Shown here: piece after piece, positions 1-13,264 of the stretch
Position numbering within the stretch: position 1 is the stretch's first letter
Layout of the letters: every line of letters starts with the position of its first letter
Assembly: GCF_006345805.1 (NCBI RefSeq)
Contig: NC_043003.1
Coordinates: 73,656,001 to 73,720,000 of the forward strand
DNA: 64,000 bases
From: Octopus sinensis
Taxonomy: Eukaryota
Direction of reading: 5' to 3'
Notes under the pieces: model-generated
What the model saw: only the letters and a program-made list of their open reading frames with translations
Databases searched by the model: none
Told to the model about the DNA's origin: nothing
Program-made: the position numbers and the translations under genes

Positions 1-1909
1 ATACGAATCTCCAATTATACCACTCTAATGGAGTACTTGCCTCAGAAATATAAACATCAACTGTGGAATTTTTCAAGGTGACTCACTTTCACCTTTAATA
101 TTCTGCATAGCCCTAATACCCCTTACAAGTGAATTAAACAGAACAGGGTATGGGTATAAAATTGCCAATAAAAAAATAAGCCATCTATTTTATATGGATG
201 ACTTAAAACTTTATGGTAAAGACAATAATGAACTTGAAGGCCTATTGCGCACCGTGGAAGCATTCAGCGATGACATCGGGATGGAGTTTGGACTTGAGAA
301 GTGTGCCAAGGCCACTTTCCAGAAAGGGAAAGTGAAGACCACAAATTCAGTCGTGTTAGATGTTGACACAGTCATAAGAGAGCTTGAGCAAGAACAGACA
401 TACAAATATTTAGGGATAAATGAAGGCTCTGGTATTCAGCATGCAAGCATGAAAGAGAAAATCAGGAAGGAATGTTATAGGAGAGTTCGTGCAGTCCTGA
501 AATCTGAACTAAATGCACGTAACAAGGTGTTAGCTATAAATTCCTTAGCAGTTCCAGTTGTTACTTATAGCTACAATGTGTTGAACTGGAATATGAGTGA
601 AGTAAAGAATATAGATAGAAAAATACGCAAGCTGCTGAGTTGTAATAGGATGCACCACCCAAAGGCAGACGTAGATCGCCTTTACCTTCCGAGAGCCCAA
701 GGAGGTCGAAGCCTGATCCAATTTGAACTAGCTTACAAAACAACCACAATTGGACTGGCCAAATATCTCGAAATATCGAATGACTGGATGCTAAAGCTCG
801 TGGAAAATCACGAGAGACGAAAGAAGCTTCATTCTATCATCAAGGAAAGCAAAAAATTTGCTATTGATCTCGTGCAGGATACCCAAACTGAACAACCCGA
901 GGGAGATACGGCAACTATTGTTGCAAAGAAGGTGAAAATGATGGCAATGAACAAAGCGCACGAGCAATTGGCTGATAGGTGGGAGGAGAAACCTCTGCAC
1001 GGCAAATATGTGACCCGCAGCAAACAAGCTGATGTTGACCAGAAGCAAACCCATCAGTGGCTGCGGAGCTCAGGGCTAAAAGCAGAGAGCGAAGGTTTCA
1101 TCCTGGCTGCTCAAGACCAAAGCCTATTAACCCGGAACTACCAGGCCAATGTGATGAAAAATGGAGCAGACCCAAAATGCCGATTCTGCAACGATATGAT
1201 TGAAACAGTGGACCACCTAATCTCTGGATGTAAAGTCTTAGCACCAGTGGAGTATAAATTAAGACATGACAGAGTTGGCCAATATCTCCACTGGCTAATA
1301 AGTCGGCATTACAATATCAAAACTGTCGACAAGTGGTATAATCACCACCCTGAGGCTGTAACTGAAGGAGAAAATGTAACCATTCTGTGGGACTTTCCAG
1401 TACATACAGACCGAACCACCAAGGCCAATAAACCAGATATTGTTGTGAAAGACCAAAACAATAAAGTTTGCTTATTGATCGACATGAGCATCCCCTGTGA
1501 TCATAATATCTCAGCGAAGGAGTTTGACAAGCTCAGAAAATATAAAGACCTACTCATTGAAATTGAGAAAATGTGGCATCTCAAGGCGGTTACAATACCA
1601 GTGATCGTAGGAGCACTAGGAATGATCAAGAAGGGAACCGAAAATTATATGAGAATGATCCCTGGCTTACCATCCCTGCAAGAAGTGCAAAAGATTGTCT
1701 TAACTGGTACATCACACGTATTGAGAAGAGCATTGTCGATGTGAGAACTGTTGCTGCTCATGTATTTTAATCTAACAAAAAAAAAAAATGAACGAACTTC
1801 TGAGTTTGGTTTAATGGCCTACCAATATACACTATGAGTTTCTTTGCCCTAGGAGTCGGGAAGACACTCGGCAAGAAATGGAAGAAAATTTGAAAGAAGA
1901 AAAAAAAAG
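1..1909 (+). mobile_element. R4/Dong-clade non-LTR retrotransposon (family A), 3' half; runs off the window start; 3' UTR ends in an A-run followed by (TAA)n
   Basis: RT motifs GIFQGDSLSPLIF (62-100) and YMDD (191-202) are in frame with ORF 194-1744. That ORF also has a zinc knuckle CRFC..ETVDHLISGC and a restriction-like endonuclease KPDIVVKD..LIDMSIP..KYKDL. The 3' UTR ends ...gaaagaagaaaaaaaaag and (TAA)n starts at 1910. Confidence 0.95.
48..1744 (+). CDS. Dong/R4 polyprotein C-terminal part (RT C-half, CCHC knuckle, REL endonuclease); apparent 1-nt frameshift near 47
   Basis: The open frame runs from 29 to the stop at 1742-1744. Upstream, NLQLYHSNGVLASE reads in a different frame, implying one lost base at about 46-48. 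Confidence 0.9.
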
Positions 1910-1944
1910 TAATAATAATAATAATAATAACATTAATAATACAC

Positions 1945-2640
1945 AAAAGAAGATGGATACTCCCTCAAACTCATCCAAACAAGAGTACCACCACCAAAGC
2001 AAACTTTGTGGATAAATAACATCCAAAAAATACAAAAAAAGAGGAAAGATCTGTCGATTCTTAACGAAATCAGTAGACAATCAACGCTACAAAGCAACAA
2101 GATGACAACAAAAATACTGTGCAAATAAAACATCAGAGGAAAAGATTAACCTAAAATAAAGGAAAAGCCAAAGCAAGATATCATTGCCAAAGCACAAAGG
2201 CTCCACCGGTATGAGAAACGCCTACGTTTCTTTGAACAAAACAAGCAGTTCAACTCCAGCCACAAAAAGTTCTACCAAGAACCTGGCAAAAATAAAATAG
2301 ATATCACTGCAGCACCAACGCCAGAAGAAGTGGAAGAATTTTGGAAAGAAATATGATCGGTGAATGAGCAACCACAGAAAAGGACTATTAAAACAACAAA
2401 CTTTGCACCTGAGCAACTCTGGACCCCCATAAGAACTGAAGAGGTCACACAGGCACTGCAAAGACTAAGCAACTGGAAGGCTCCTGGGCACGACAAGATT
2501 CCCAACTTTTGGCTGAAATATCTGGCAGGAATACACAAAAAGCTGGCTGAAAACTTTAACAACATACTGGCAGAGCCAGAGACAATGCCTGATTGGCTCA
2601 CGGAAGGGAAAACCATCCTAATTCCCAAAACCAATGAAAT
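1945..2640 (+). mobile_element. Internal fragment of a second R4/Dong-type element (pre-RT linker and RT N-terminus), decayed
   Basis: Translates to RYEKRLRFFEQNKQFNSSHKKFYQE..EEVEEFWKEI* and ITEEV-like EEVTQALQRLSNWKAPGHDKIPNFWLK..MPDWLTEGKTILIPK. It starts directly after a (TAA)n tract. Confidence 0.85.
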
Positions 2641-2659
2641 GTGTATCTAATAACGAAAA

Positions 2660-2743
2660 GATTATCATCATTATCATTATCCTCCTCTCCTTCTCCTCCT
2701 CCTCCTCCTCCTCCTCATCATCATCAATATTGTTAATGCTATA

Positions 2744-2808
<65 letters not shown>

Positions 2809-2812
2809 TATT
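2660..2812. repeat. Compound trinucleotide microsatellite (CCT)n/(TCA)n/(TTA)n
   Basis: Read directly from the sequence. Confidence 0.95.
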
Positions 2813-2814
2813 AT

Positions 2815-3452
2815 ACACACGAGAGATTAGACTGTTGGAAAAGAAGCATTCTAACATCGGGCTACAGGAAGTACCCTTAGATACCAAGAAACCTCCTAAG
2901 TATTCTAGCTGTACCGAAGTACCCTTAGATACCAAGAAACCTTCTAAGTATTCTAGCTGTACCGAAGAACACTTTTTTTCTTGAGCTGTACTAAACTGGT
3001 TTTTATGTCTATTTCCTCTATCCATCTGTTCAAATCTTTAGAGATAGTTCTCAATGCACTTATAAGTACTGGGGTACATTTTACCCTCACTTTCCATAGC
3101 CTCTATAATTCAATGGCGAGGTCCTGGTACTTTGCTATTTTTTCTATACTTCTGATCTTTGTTTTTTCATTTGGGACTGTAACTCAATTATCTGGCATTT
3201 TCTATACTCTATCTACTAGTACTAAATCATGCCTTCTAGCTTTTCTTACTCTGTCAGTCTGAAGTCCCACAAAATATTGTATTTCTTACGTTCTAATATT
3301 TTTCTGGGTTCCTGTTCATACCATTTATCAGTATATTCAAATCATAGCTTTCTACATAACTCCCGGTAGATTACTCTCCCTAGGTTGTCATGTCTTTTCT
3401 TGTATTGTATTCTTTCTGTGGCAGCATGATACATTCAATTACAACACTTACT
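2815..3452 (-). mobile_element. 5'-truncated R4/Dong-type 3' end (REL endonuclease region), decayed; contains a 48-bp tandem duplication at 2868-2963
   Basis: Minus strand reads LCRKL*FEYTDKWYEQEPRKILERKKYNILWDF/QTDRVRKARRHDLVLVD...IAKYQDLAIEL*. It is flanked by (TTA)n and (GTT)n/(TTA)n on the + strand. Confidence 0.85.
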
Positions 3453-3470
3453 ATGTTGTTGTTGTTGTTG

Positions 3471-3508
<38 letters not shown>

Positions 3509-4063
3509 GAGTGAGAGAGCAGTGCATGCCATCAAAGTGACACTGGGGTAAAATATACGAAGCCCAATATACCCATCATGACTACCCGTCTGATAAAGGT
3601 ACACCAGGCACATGCATCACAACCATATGTGCGCGACATGGTGATCTCATATCAAGATAAACAGCACATGACCTTGCAGGTGGGGCCCAGTTAGAATTTT
3701 CTTCAGGTTGAGTAGCCCATCCCGCTCAAAAGGTCCCTGAATAAGGGTTGTTTAAGGATGTTGAAAGAACCACCCATGTTTCCAGAGGTGAAGTATTCAA
3801 ACCCCAAAGAATCCCTCTCAACACATGGCTATGATGCTCCCCCACTACTTCTGCTCATGATCAGAAATGCACATATCGTCAGCCACTAAGGGACATGCTC
3901 AACTGGTTAAGGTCAAACAACTGACAAGCAAATCTGTGGTATTGAGCAGAATATTTGCTGTAGCCCATCTTTTATACCAAGACAAAACAATGTACATGAT
4001 AACACTTCCAATCAGTTAAGATCAGAAGCCATGAGAGCCAATGCCTGGTACTGCATCAGGGCG
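3509..4063 (-). mobile_element. 555-bp non-coding interspersed element bounded on both sides by (TTA)n; probable non-autonomous TAA-targeted retroelement
   Basis: Sharp boundaries against microsatellite tracts (3455-3508 and 4065-4153), higher GC than the flanks, and no ORF. Strand is assigned from TAA polarity only. Confidence 0.6.
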
Positions 4064-4154
<91 letters not shown>

Positions 4155-4719
4155 GCAATAGCAGTAGTTGTAGAACTAATAGTAGTAATATCTTATGTGA
4201 CATTTATTTTTCTTTCGTTATTGTTATCAGCTTAGTTCGGTTTATAAATCTTTAGTCTAACTATTGTTTCTGTAATCTATAACTGACCTACAACATCCGG
4301 TCATCCGTTCATATTGCCTAAGCGGATTCTTTTTCCTTTCATAATACACACAAGTAGACCACCTTTTGGATTTAACATAATACAATGTATGTCTTTTCGT
4401 TTCAATGCTCCGTACATTCAGCCTTCTGTCTGATTGTTTCTTTTGTGAATTTTCTTATCTACTTTATTTTTATTTTAACATTCTATTAGTTTATTTATTT
4501 CATTGTGATTTGTGTTGGTTATTGTGTATATATAATCCCCCTGTGGAGTTAATCCGATTTTACCTAACTGTTTCTCAAGATTTAGATTTGATATCCCCTC
4601 TCTCCCATACAACTGCGAATATACCATTGCACTGTATTATGTGCGTACGTGCATAATCTGGTTTTGTCTTGTGTATACGTCTATGTGTGAATCTATGATT
4701 TGGTGTTGGTGAATCGCTA

Positions 4720-4860
4720 TACGTGTATGTATAATCTATAAATTTATCCAAGATCTGAACAATATCTTTTAATATTACATAAACATAACATGCCAGTTAA
4801 GCTATGCTTTAGGCGGAAGTGCGATGTTTATATATTGAGGTATTAGATTCGCCTGGGCCA
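4720..4860 (+). mobile_element. Possible very old Penelope-like GIY-YIG C-terminal remnant
   Basis: ttatccaag...ggcggaagtgcgatgtttatatattgag resembles LSK..W..GGKCDLCILE only after assuming indels. Confidence 0.25.
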
Positions 4861-7800
4861 AATTATGGAAAACTACTTCGTCTCAGTTTTAGGGTCATTG
4901 ATCGATCTTTACTATAGTTGATCACTCAATGCAAAGTAAACTGCAGTTTTACATATGTTGTAGCACGAGTTCTGTATGTGTGTGTGTCATTATTTAGTTT
5001 TGAGATTTGGTTTTTATCGTTTGTATATTTAGATATATGGAGAAGTTTCAGATGGATGTTTTTTACAACATTCATCTGTATATTTAACAGCATATCTCCA
5101 GTAACTTATTTAAACCCAACCAAACTACAGCGACTTTCCTCATCGACACCTCAAATTATTTTCCCGATGTTGTATTTGTTTCTAGTCCTTAGTTACAAAT
5201 TATCTGGGTATCAAAGAGACGCCTGTTAAGAATGAAGGATATTTAAGTCAGGAGTTAAGAAAAGAAAAATAAATTTCTTTGTTTTACAGTATGACAGAGG
5301 CATCGTCTGTTCTGTATAGGCCCTATAAAACGTAGTCTTGTCGGAGACAATAGCAACTAAATCTGGTGAAGTTGTGTTTTTTTTAAATGCTTGTCTCACA
5401 ATGTAGCCCTCGGATTGTACTCTGCTCAAGATCTATACATCAATGTTGATTGGAAGCGCGATGGAGTATCATCCACTCGTGTGGTGGCAATGGTGTGGTG
5501 ACAACATGACTCGTCTTTTCAAGAGAAGCTGTTGGCGTCTTTTTTCACGAATCACTTGAAGGTGAAGATGAGAGGGCGGTGTGAGATACTCTTCTTTAAT
5601 AAAATAATTGAAACTTATTGTTTGTTACTGCATATGTTTTCTTTCATAATACCTGCTCGCTAAAAGAGTGGTGATCTCTACCCTGGCCATATTTAACTGT
5701 ACAAGGTTGCCAGATCAATGCCAGTTGGAAAATAAACATAGACAAAAGGTAAACACAGAAGAATCAGCTCGAAAAATGTGTTTAAACTAAGAAAGAAGCG
5801 ATAAAGTTTTAGGGAATACAGCATCTATTAGCCCCTAAATCGCTTTCGGACTCACAGGTCACTGCAAATGAGAGGAGGAATTGATGTTGGAACTAAACTA
5901 CGAACATTTTAGCTGAATGCCATTGTAGATCAGAAAAGACAATATAGAACAAGAGATATACAGAAAACTAGGGAAAATAATGGAGATTCCTGAAACAAAC
6001 TTTACGTTAGGCATCTACCAAAACGCAGGCAACTCTTTGCTTCATATGACTCCAGTAATTCTCACTAAGAGATGTTGAGAGGATGTGATCAAAGTTCTTG
6101 CGAAACTCATCCAATACAAGACATTCACTCGTTCGTACACACATTCCACCAGTTGTTTCTCCTTTTTTAAGATAAAGTACGTGTTTCTTTTTAAGATCAT
6201 ATTTCCATTTTTTTAAACCCTGCCTCATGTTCTATGCATACAAGCTTTGTCATATACTGATATTCTTGCCAAACTCTGAAGAAAAACGATCTATTTTGTG
6301 GTGTAGGGAGAATATAACAAAAGCTTCTTTTCGCTTCTGCCATTTTACTTTGCAAGGCCTCTGCTCTCCTGAGCTTACTTTATACTTATTTAAATCTTGG
6401 GCATGATGATTAGTTCACGTGATATCATGACATGTTCTAATAACGGTAGACTTCTTTCCGTCATGTCTCGCAACCAGCTCTGCCCCATTTCTGTACATTT
6501 TGGCGAAAGTATCAGCTACTAGTTGAATCACTACTGGGAACCTTGGCTTGTACTCCAGGTTACTTTGTGTTTTACTTTTCTTAAGATTTGTACAGCAATG
6601 TTTCTTAGCAACCTTGCATTTTCAGGATTTCAAGCCTGTTTCAAATTGGCCATAGAACGTACTGTGAATGCAAGGCCTAACCATTTAAAAAAAAATCTTT
6701 GTGTGTTCAACCCCACATTGAGGTTATCTCTATTTTCATATTTTTATATTTGGATACTTTGTATATCTATTAGGGATACATTATCATCTCTTGTGACTGA
6801 TACCTCAATTAGAAAGCATTTGTTTTCCAAGTAGCCCTTGACAACAATATCTTATCGATTAGCCTTGATCTTCCTATGTGTGTGTATTGACATACCTCAA
6901 GCACATGCTTGCTTTGCCTCTCTCGGAGACCATTTTCGATGTATGTCTATATATCTCTTCCCCATTGTCATTTTGTAATACTGGCATAACTTCCAGTTTA
7001 TGTACACCTCAACTCTGTGGTGATTGTGGATTTAACATTCTGAGTTAAGAAGATAATTTATTAATTTTCCCCCGTCTCCACATATTCTGCGATTACGGTA
7101 TTCTATTTTATTATACGACGTTGGTGAATTCTGGTTGAGAAATTACAGTTTCTACTACTTTGGATCGTGACCTTCTCAGCCAGTGTCATAATTAAAAAAA
7201 AAATTATTCATCTTTTTGCGGTATTCGCCATGTACAAACTTTTCTTGCCTTCATTTTATTATTGCATTCTGAATTCGAATTTTAGTGGAGATTTTTGCGG
7301 TTTCACAATTTCTGTAATCGTCCCTCTACTTTCTTCATTGTTATCTGTTATTACACCCTCTCTTGGGTATTTGCTAGCTTCCTTGAAGATGGAACTTCTA
7401 TTTTGTTCATTTTAGTAGCTATTTCTAACATTTTTCCATATTTGTGTGCTAGATAATTTTGTAGCTCTACGGCTCCTGTAATAGTTTCCTTATTCTATAT
7501 AAGCACCTGCTGCCTTATAGTTGTGGTAAATATCGTCTTTCAATGCCAGATTTTTTTTTGGAGGAGGATGCTACTTTAAATGCTAGCATAATTTTCAACG
7601 TTTTCCTGTGTCGTCTAGCTAGATCATTTAGTGTCAAGTAAAGATTATTAAAATTGCATCTTTTTACTTACACAGTGTGATTATGACAATTATTACATTA
7701 TATTTTGCATTTAGCTTTGATTAATTTAGTAATCTGATTTATTTTTAATATTCTTTGGTAAAATTTTCTTCCATTTCTGTGTATTCCACTGTTTAGTTCA

Positions 7801-8099
7801 TTGATTCCTACGTAAGAAATGGTATGTGCTTTTTCTAATACTCATATTTCAAAGTCTTTATCGTGTATGATATTAGTGATTTTAATTAATTTTCCTGTCG
7901 TCAAGATCAGTGGGCGCATTTTCCCAACCGCTCCTCATAATAATTTTTGGAGTAACCCTGGTATTGTCGACATCAATATTTTGAACTTTTATGGCATATG
8001 GCTTGTAGTAATCCCCATACAGGAGATGATTAATGCTCGTAACCAAACCATTTGTATATATAAAATATGGTAAGAGTTAGAAGCTTTATACACAGAAGC

Positions 8100-8500
8100 T
8101 TCTAGATTGCAAAAAGGCTCGTAGCATGGAGGCATCGGAGATATAGTGTCACCTACTCAACTAGGTCTGTGACCAGAGGTTCCAAAATGCTAACGTTTCT
8201 GCTCTTTCTGGATGACTACGTGGTTTATACTTCTCGTGGTCAGTTTCGATCAAGCGGTTTGGCAGTGCTCCTGCAGAAGTCCTAGATGTAATGGTGATTA
8301 GAATTCTCCTTGAACAGTATGCTGATAGTTTTGAACGTGAGCAGCAATGAAACTACCGGTAGAACATTCAGGTTAGTGGCTGTCTACGAACCAAAATGAA
8401 ATAGCCGACCGGATGTCTTTCCATGGAATATCTCGCTTATTAGTGCTTGTGGGCAATTGGAAAGGGGTCTTGGGTACAGGCATAGATTATATGGAAGTAA
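8100..8500 (+). mobile_element. Decayed L1/Tx1-type apurinic endonuclease fragment
   Basis: Fragmentary translation FLDDYVVYTSRGQFRSSGLAVLLQKS..GRTFRLVAVYEP..LVLVGNWKGVL matches APE motifs (FRLVAVYAP, L.GDWN). Confidence 0.6.
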
Positions 8501-9845
8501 CTGTTTGGAGACTGTGGTACAAAAACGTGGTAAATCTTTTCAAGGATTTCCAAATCTCTGACGGCTGTCGCTTTGAGTTCACTAACATAGTGATGTAAAC
8601 CATGTCCAATAAATAACAGTGGTCCATCCAGTCATACTTATATAGGGTGTTTATTAGGTTAGCGGATAGGAATAATATAAGATCTTCATAGTTTCACATA
8701 ATAAGATACCCAAACTAAACCTTAGTGACTTTTACTGTTAACCTAGGAAAGAGAATAGACAGAGCCGGTTATTGCAAAATGAATGCGTCATTCCCGCAGC
8801 GGAACGATTTCAAAGATCAAATTAGTATACTAGTAAGCAGGAATTAATGAAAGCTAACATCAACAATAATGGCGAGTTCATTAATATCAAATATCAGAGA
8901 AGCATCAATTAGTTTACCAAAGAGTTTGCGCAAGAAAACAACAGCATAGAAAATATATTTAGCAGCTTAGAACCGTATAGAAAAGGTATTGAAAACTTCT
9001 TATTGCTGGACTATTTCTTCGACGTGAAACGAGAAAATCATATTTTCCTAACTAGGGTACATGCATCGGAATATGAACATGCAAAAGCTGTTAGTTGGGT
9101 CCACGTATGATAAAAAAAGAAATTGCTATGTGGCTAACCACAGCTAGTGTGTTTTCTCCGCTTCTCACCAGATGAATACGCTATTTCGGCCATACATCTA
9201 GCTGTCTTTGAGGAGCTGTCATAATGATTTTAGATGACAGGCTTTCAGGTCTCTCCCGACAGTATGCCTCAACTATCGGAGAGGGAGATTCAGTTTTTTG
9301 AGAAGCCAATTACAGTTGATAAAATGGTATATGTGCCGAGGCGCTGTGTAGAGCGCAAACTGCCTCGGTTAGATGGTCTCCCAGGTTGATGAACCTCGAG
9401 AAATTACTGCGATGGTGCCAACAACGACGACGAAAATGAGGGAAGTATATTTGATGATTAATAGCGTTGAAGAAATCGTTGAAGGAAAAGAAGCAAAAGT
9501 GGACACGAGAGAGATGTAATATGTAATAGAAGAAAAAGAAAACTATTAAAAAATGCAAGAATGCTGACGACAACGGGAAATAAAATTTGTATTTATTACG
9601 ATATAGCAAACGATTATTTGTTTTTGACTTTGCTTTTACTCAGCATATTTCCAAGAGAATGGGTCTTAATTAAACAGATCGCAGTATTTTAGCCTTAATC
9701 GTTTCAACAAAGAGTCATTTACCATACTTAGAAAATGCACACTGTTAAGAAAAATACAGTGGCTTATATCGCTAGTAGACTTACACTTCTGGCGCGTGTA
9801 TATTTTCTTGAATGAATTGTAACGATGTAAATAATACAGCAGAAT

Positions 9846-9908
<63 letters not shown>

Positions 9909-9909
9909 A
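9846..9909. repeat. (ACT)n microsatellite
   Basis: Read directly from the sequence. Confidence 0.95.
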
Positions 9910-11904
9910 AACACTCCTGCTTGATCTGCTAGAAATAACGCGACAATGTCTCACCGTAATGGTCATGACGCGGTTTGAGTAAGGAAAGTGAAGGAAGTGG
10001 GTAAAAAAAAAAGGACAAGATTAGAAAAGAATACTTCCAAAAGCACTACCACAAATATCAATATTACCATCACCTCAACTACCACTATCTAAACCAGCTA
10101 GAAATAGCAGTTTATCCCCATCGGGTATAAATACCGTCTTACAAAATTAGACACACATTATTAAAGGTCACCCCAAATATCTTCTGTGGACGAAGAACTC
10201 AGAGTGGAATGACCATAATAATGCCAGGTCATGCTTTATCTGGCATTAAGCAATAACAACAAGACAAACATCAAATAATTCTAAAGAGAAGTACTACGGA
10301 AAGGACGTTTCAACTTCAGTAGTATTGAGTGATAATTAATGATTAAATTAGACTGGATAATTAGCAGGGATCATACAAGTTGATTAAATGAATATTGTCA
10401 ACTGTGTTTAGTTTAATAGTTGTGGGAATTAATGTAACTGACATTTTATAGCGGCAATACATCTTGTTATTGCAGTTGTTGTGCTGTTGCTACAATCGGT
10501 GTTGCTTTTGGCGTTGCAGTTTGGTAGTGCCATTATTGCATTGTTTGCTAATGTTGTTTTGACGTTGTTTAGTATCGTTTCTCCCGCTGCCTTTGTTAAT
10601 TCTACCGTGTTTTTGATTTGCGGTTGTTGTTGTTGTTGTTATGTTGTGGTTTTGTTGTAGCTGTTGTTGTGGTTGCTGTTGTTGCTGTTGTTTTAGTGGA
10701 GTTTATTTTTGTTGTTGGGGATGTTGTAGGGTATTTTATTATTTTTGGTTTTCTTTTCAGTTTGACAATTTTCAACGACAATCGCATTGAAATACCCTAG
10801 GCGAGAAGATTGTTTTTTCCTTAATTTTCGTATTTTAAGAACCATGCTATTAACTCAAATTGCCTTTCCCGAATAAGTACAGTGTGTGATTTTATCAAAA
10901 ATATACCTGCATTTCTAGTAGTCTGATTGACCACAGGCAATTCCAGTGTGGGTGGGAGACATAGCAGATGATTTTGAAATGTCTATTGCTGCTTAAGTAT
11001 AGAACAACTCTGAAGGTGTAGCTCTATAATCAGACATTTCAACTGTGATCATCCCATCTACCGTGTCCCGCATTTTCCACGTAGACAACGTGGAATCTAT
11101 AGGAGATGCAGTTACTCTTTCCAGCAGTTGAAACGAGCATGTAGAGGCTCTCGTTGACAATTGTAATAAAATGATGATGCTCATGATGATGATGGGGATT
11201 ATGTTGATGATGACGAAAACAATGATGGTGATGATGATGATGCACATGACAACGACGACGACGATGATGAACATTTATATATATCAAGATGATCCTATGT
11301 GTCGTAAATTTTAAGAAATAATGGTGTGTTTTCAAGAAGATAGTGGTGTGACTTTTGGCATACAGAGCAACAATAAAAGGTTTGTTATTGGTTTGGAATG
11401 ACGTATGAATTACTGGTGGTAATGTTGATGGCAATGTTGATGACGAAGGTGTTGACGAAAATGCTGATATTTATTTCAATATTATAATGAAGAGGGTGTA
11501 TATGACACTGATTTTATGCTGAAGATGTTTCATCATAAAGACCAACCCGGTCACAAAGGTGCAGAAAGGAAAGACAAGGAGAAGATAAAGAACAAGGGGA
11601 GCCAGAGGAAGAAACTGGAGATGCAATTGAAAACGACAATATGATAAATGGATTGAATTTATTCCGAAGTTGCTAATTTGGAATATCATTAAATTCATAA
11701 TCCTGTGCTTTCGTCTGTTATTAGTTAACACAGTAGGAGAGTATTACATTTACCAACTTTTCAGATTTTCATTGATAAGATTTGGTAACTTCTATCTACA
11801 TGTAAAATCATTAATTTACTACATCTTGTTACCTAATCGATACTGGATCTTTTATTCTTTATTCTTATACACAACCTTTAGACATTAATTGTTTAGTCTT
11901 ATTT

Positions 11905-12340
11905 TACAGCTTTCATAACAAATGATAAAAAAAGTTGCAAATAGAGCCATTTACGATGCCTGTACAGAAACGGACTGAGTGCACTGGCAATAACAAAAGT
12001 CAATGATGCGGAAAACCCAAGAACTATCAACAAATCTGTGCCACAAAACTGGTTCAGACGTTTTAAGGAAGTTTACAACAGCATCGAGGCGAAGCCAAGG
12101 TCAGAGATATCTACTATTATGGAAGACGATGCCTTGCTTGAAATGGCAAAAACGCTAATCTTTATGCTCAAAAACTGCAACAGGTATATGATATCTTGAA
12201 CGCCCACTACCCGATATTAGGCTGTAAAATACGCGTATTCCTACATGACAATGCTCCAGCACAAGCTGCCAATGTGACCTTGCACAAACTTGACGGACTG
12301 GAACTGCTGTCTCACCGTACCTACAACATCCATCAGACCC
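11905..12340 (+). mobile_element. Internally deleted, decayed mariner remnant
   Basis: NWFRRFKEVYNSIEAKPRS (HTH region, WF.RF..G..ED.PRSGRP) is joined to YAQKLQQV..VFLHDNAPAQAANVTLHKL (HDNA catalytic region). Confidence 0.7.
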
Positions 12341-13213
12341 AGCCCTAAAGTATTCCAGAACTGACTTGGCAGTTGATAATCAAGCACGACCAACGCCTCC
12401 TTTGGAATATCCTCGTCCGTTATTAACCCTCTATAGAACGTCAAAGTGGAACGTTGCATGACTGGGCACTTGTCTAGCTTTACTTGACCCAAGACTGCAG
12501 TTGCTCAGCGAATGTTCACAGCAAATGAAAAGTTACATCAGTAGAACCCGACTCTGCTGCAAGCAAGGAAGTATACTATTGCGTGTCCTATCAGCACACC
12601 GTGAATATCTACCGAGACGGACACTGAAATTTCGAAGTGAATAGGAGCAGTTAAATAATTTGTTTTAAGGAGCGCTGGAGAACACTTTACATGCCAGTCT
12701 CTTAAATTGCACTGACCAAGCTGCGTTCTTATACGCAACTGAGAAATGCTCTATTACGAAGCAGAAAGAACATCGATTGTCTACAACGCTAATTTCTATG
12801 CATATATATTTATGCTAGAAATATCATTCGAAATAGAATATATGAGAAATATATAAAATATTTTGATAATGCGGCGGAATAGCGTGATGGTATAACACCG
12901 AAAGCAAACTTCCAATGAACTGGACATTTCTCAATGTTCAAAAACAGCAGGTAGCCCCATGTAGTTTCACAGTAGTATCTTATAAATTAATAAAAAACAA
13001 ACAAAAAACACCACAACAATCGGAAGGCCTCCGAAACAATCGGAAGACGCGTTACTTCAACGGTCTGGGGTAAGATGGAATATCAAGAAAGAATTAGAAA
13101 TGCATCATGACCAGTGTGTATAATATACGATAACCTGGCGGATACAGATGATACATGGGTACGTATATTATACATACATACAATCATATAAATGTATATA
13201 TATATATATACAT

Positions 13214-13254
<41 letters not shown>

Positions 13255-13264
13255 CATACATATA

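Noticed and set aside
3980-4063. HDV-like ribozyme at the presumed 5' end of the 555-bp element
   Set aside because: A P3/L3-like ggc-tctcatg-gct exists, but P1 needs a bulge and no P1.1, P2 or J4/2 could be assigned.
4380-4430. Minus-strand ..aatg-tacggag-catt-gaaac resembling hammerhead stem II plus GAAAC
   Set aside because: The CUGANGA core is not present in the right register.
6000-7500. Possible old minus-strand LINE
   Set aside because: Only vague motif echoes; no diagnostic RT motif could be read.
8860-9510. Protein-like broken frames (NNGEFINIKYQ...; VDEPREITAMVP...)
   Set aside because: No recognisable family and multiple stops; cannot distinguish from decayed repeat.
13015-13050. 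gga-aggcc-tcc-gaaac hairpin and a 12-bp direct repeat
   Set aside because: No CUGANGA upstream; too short to be significant.
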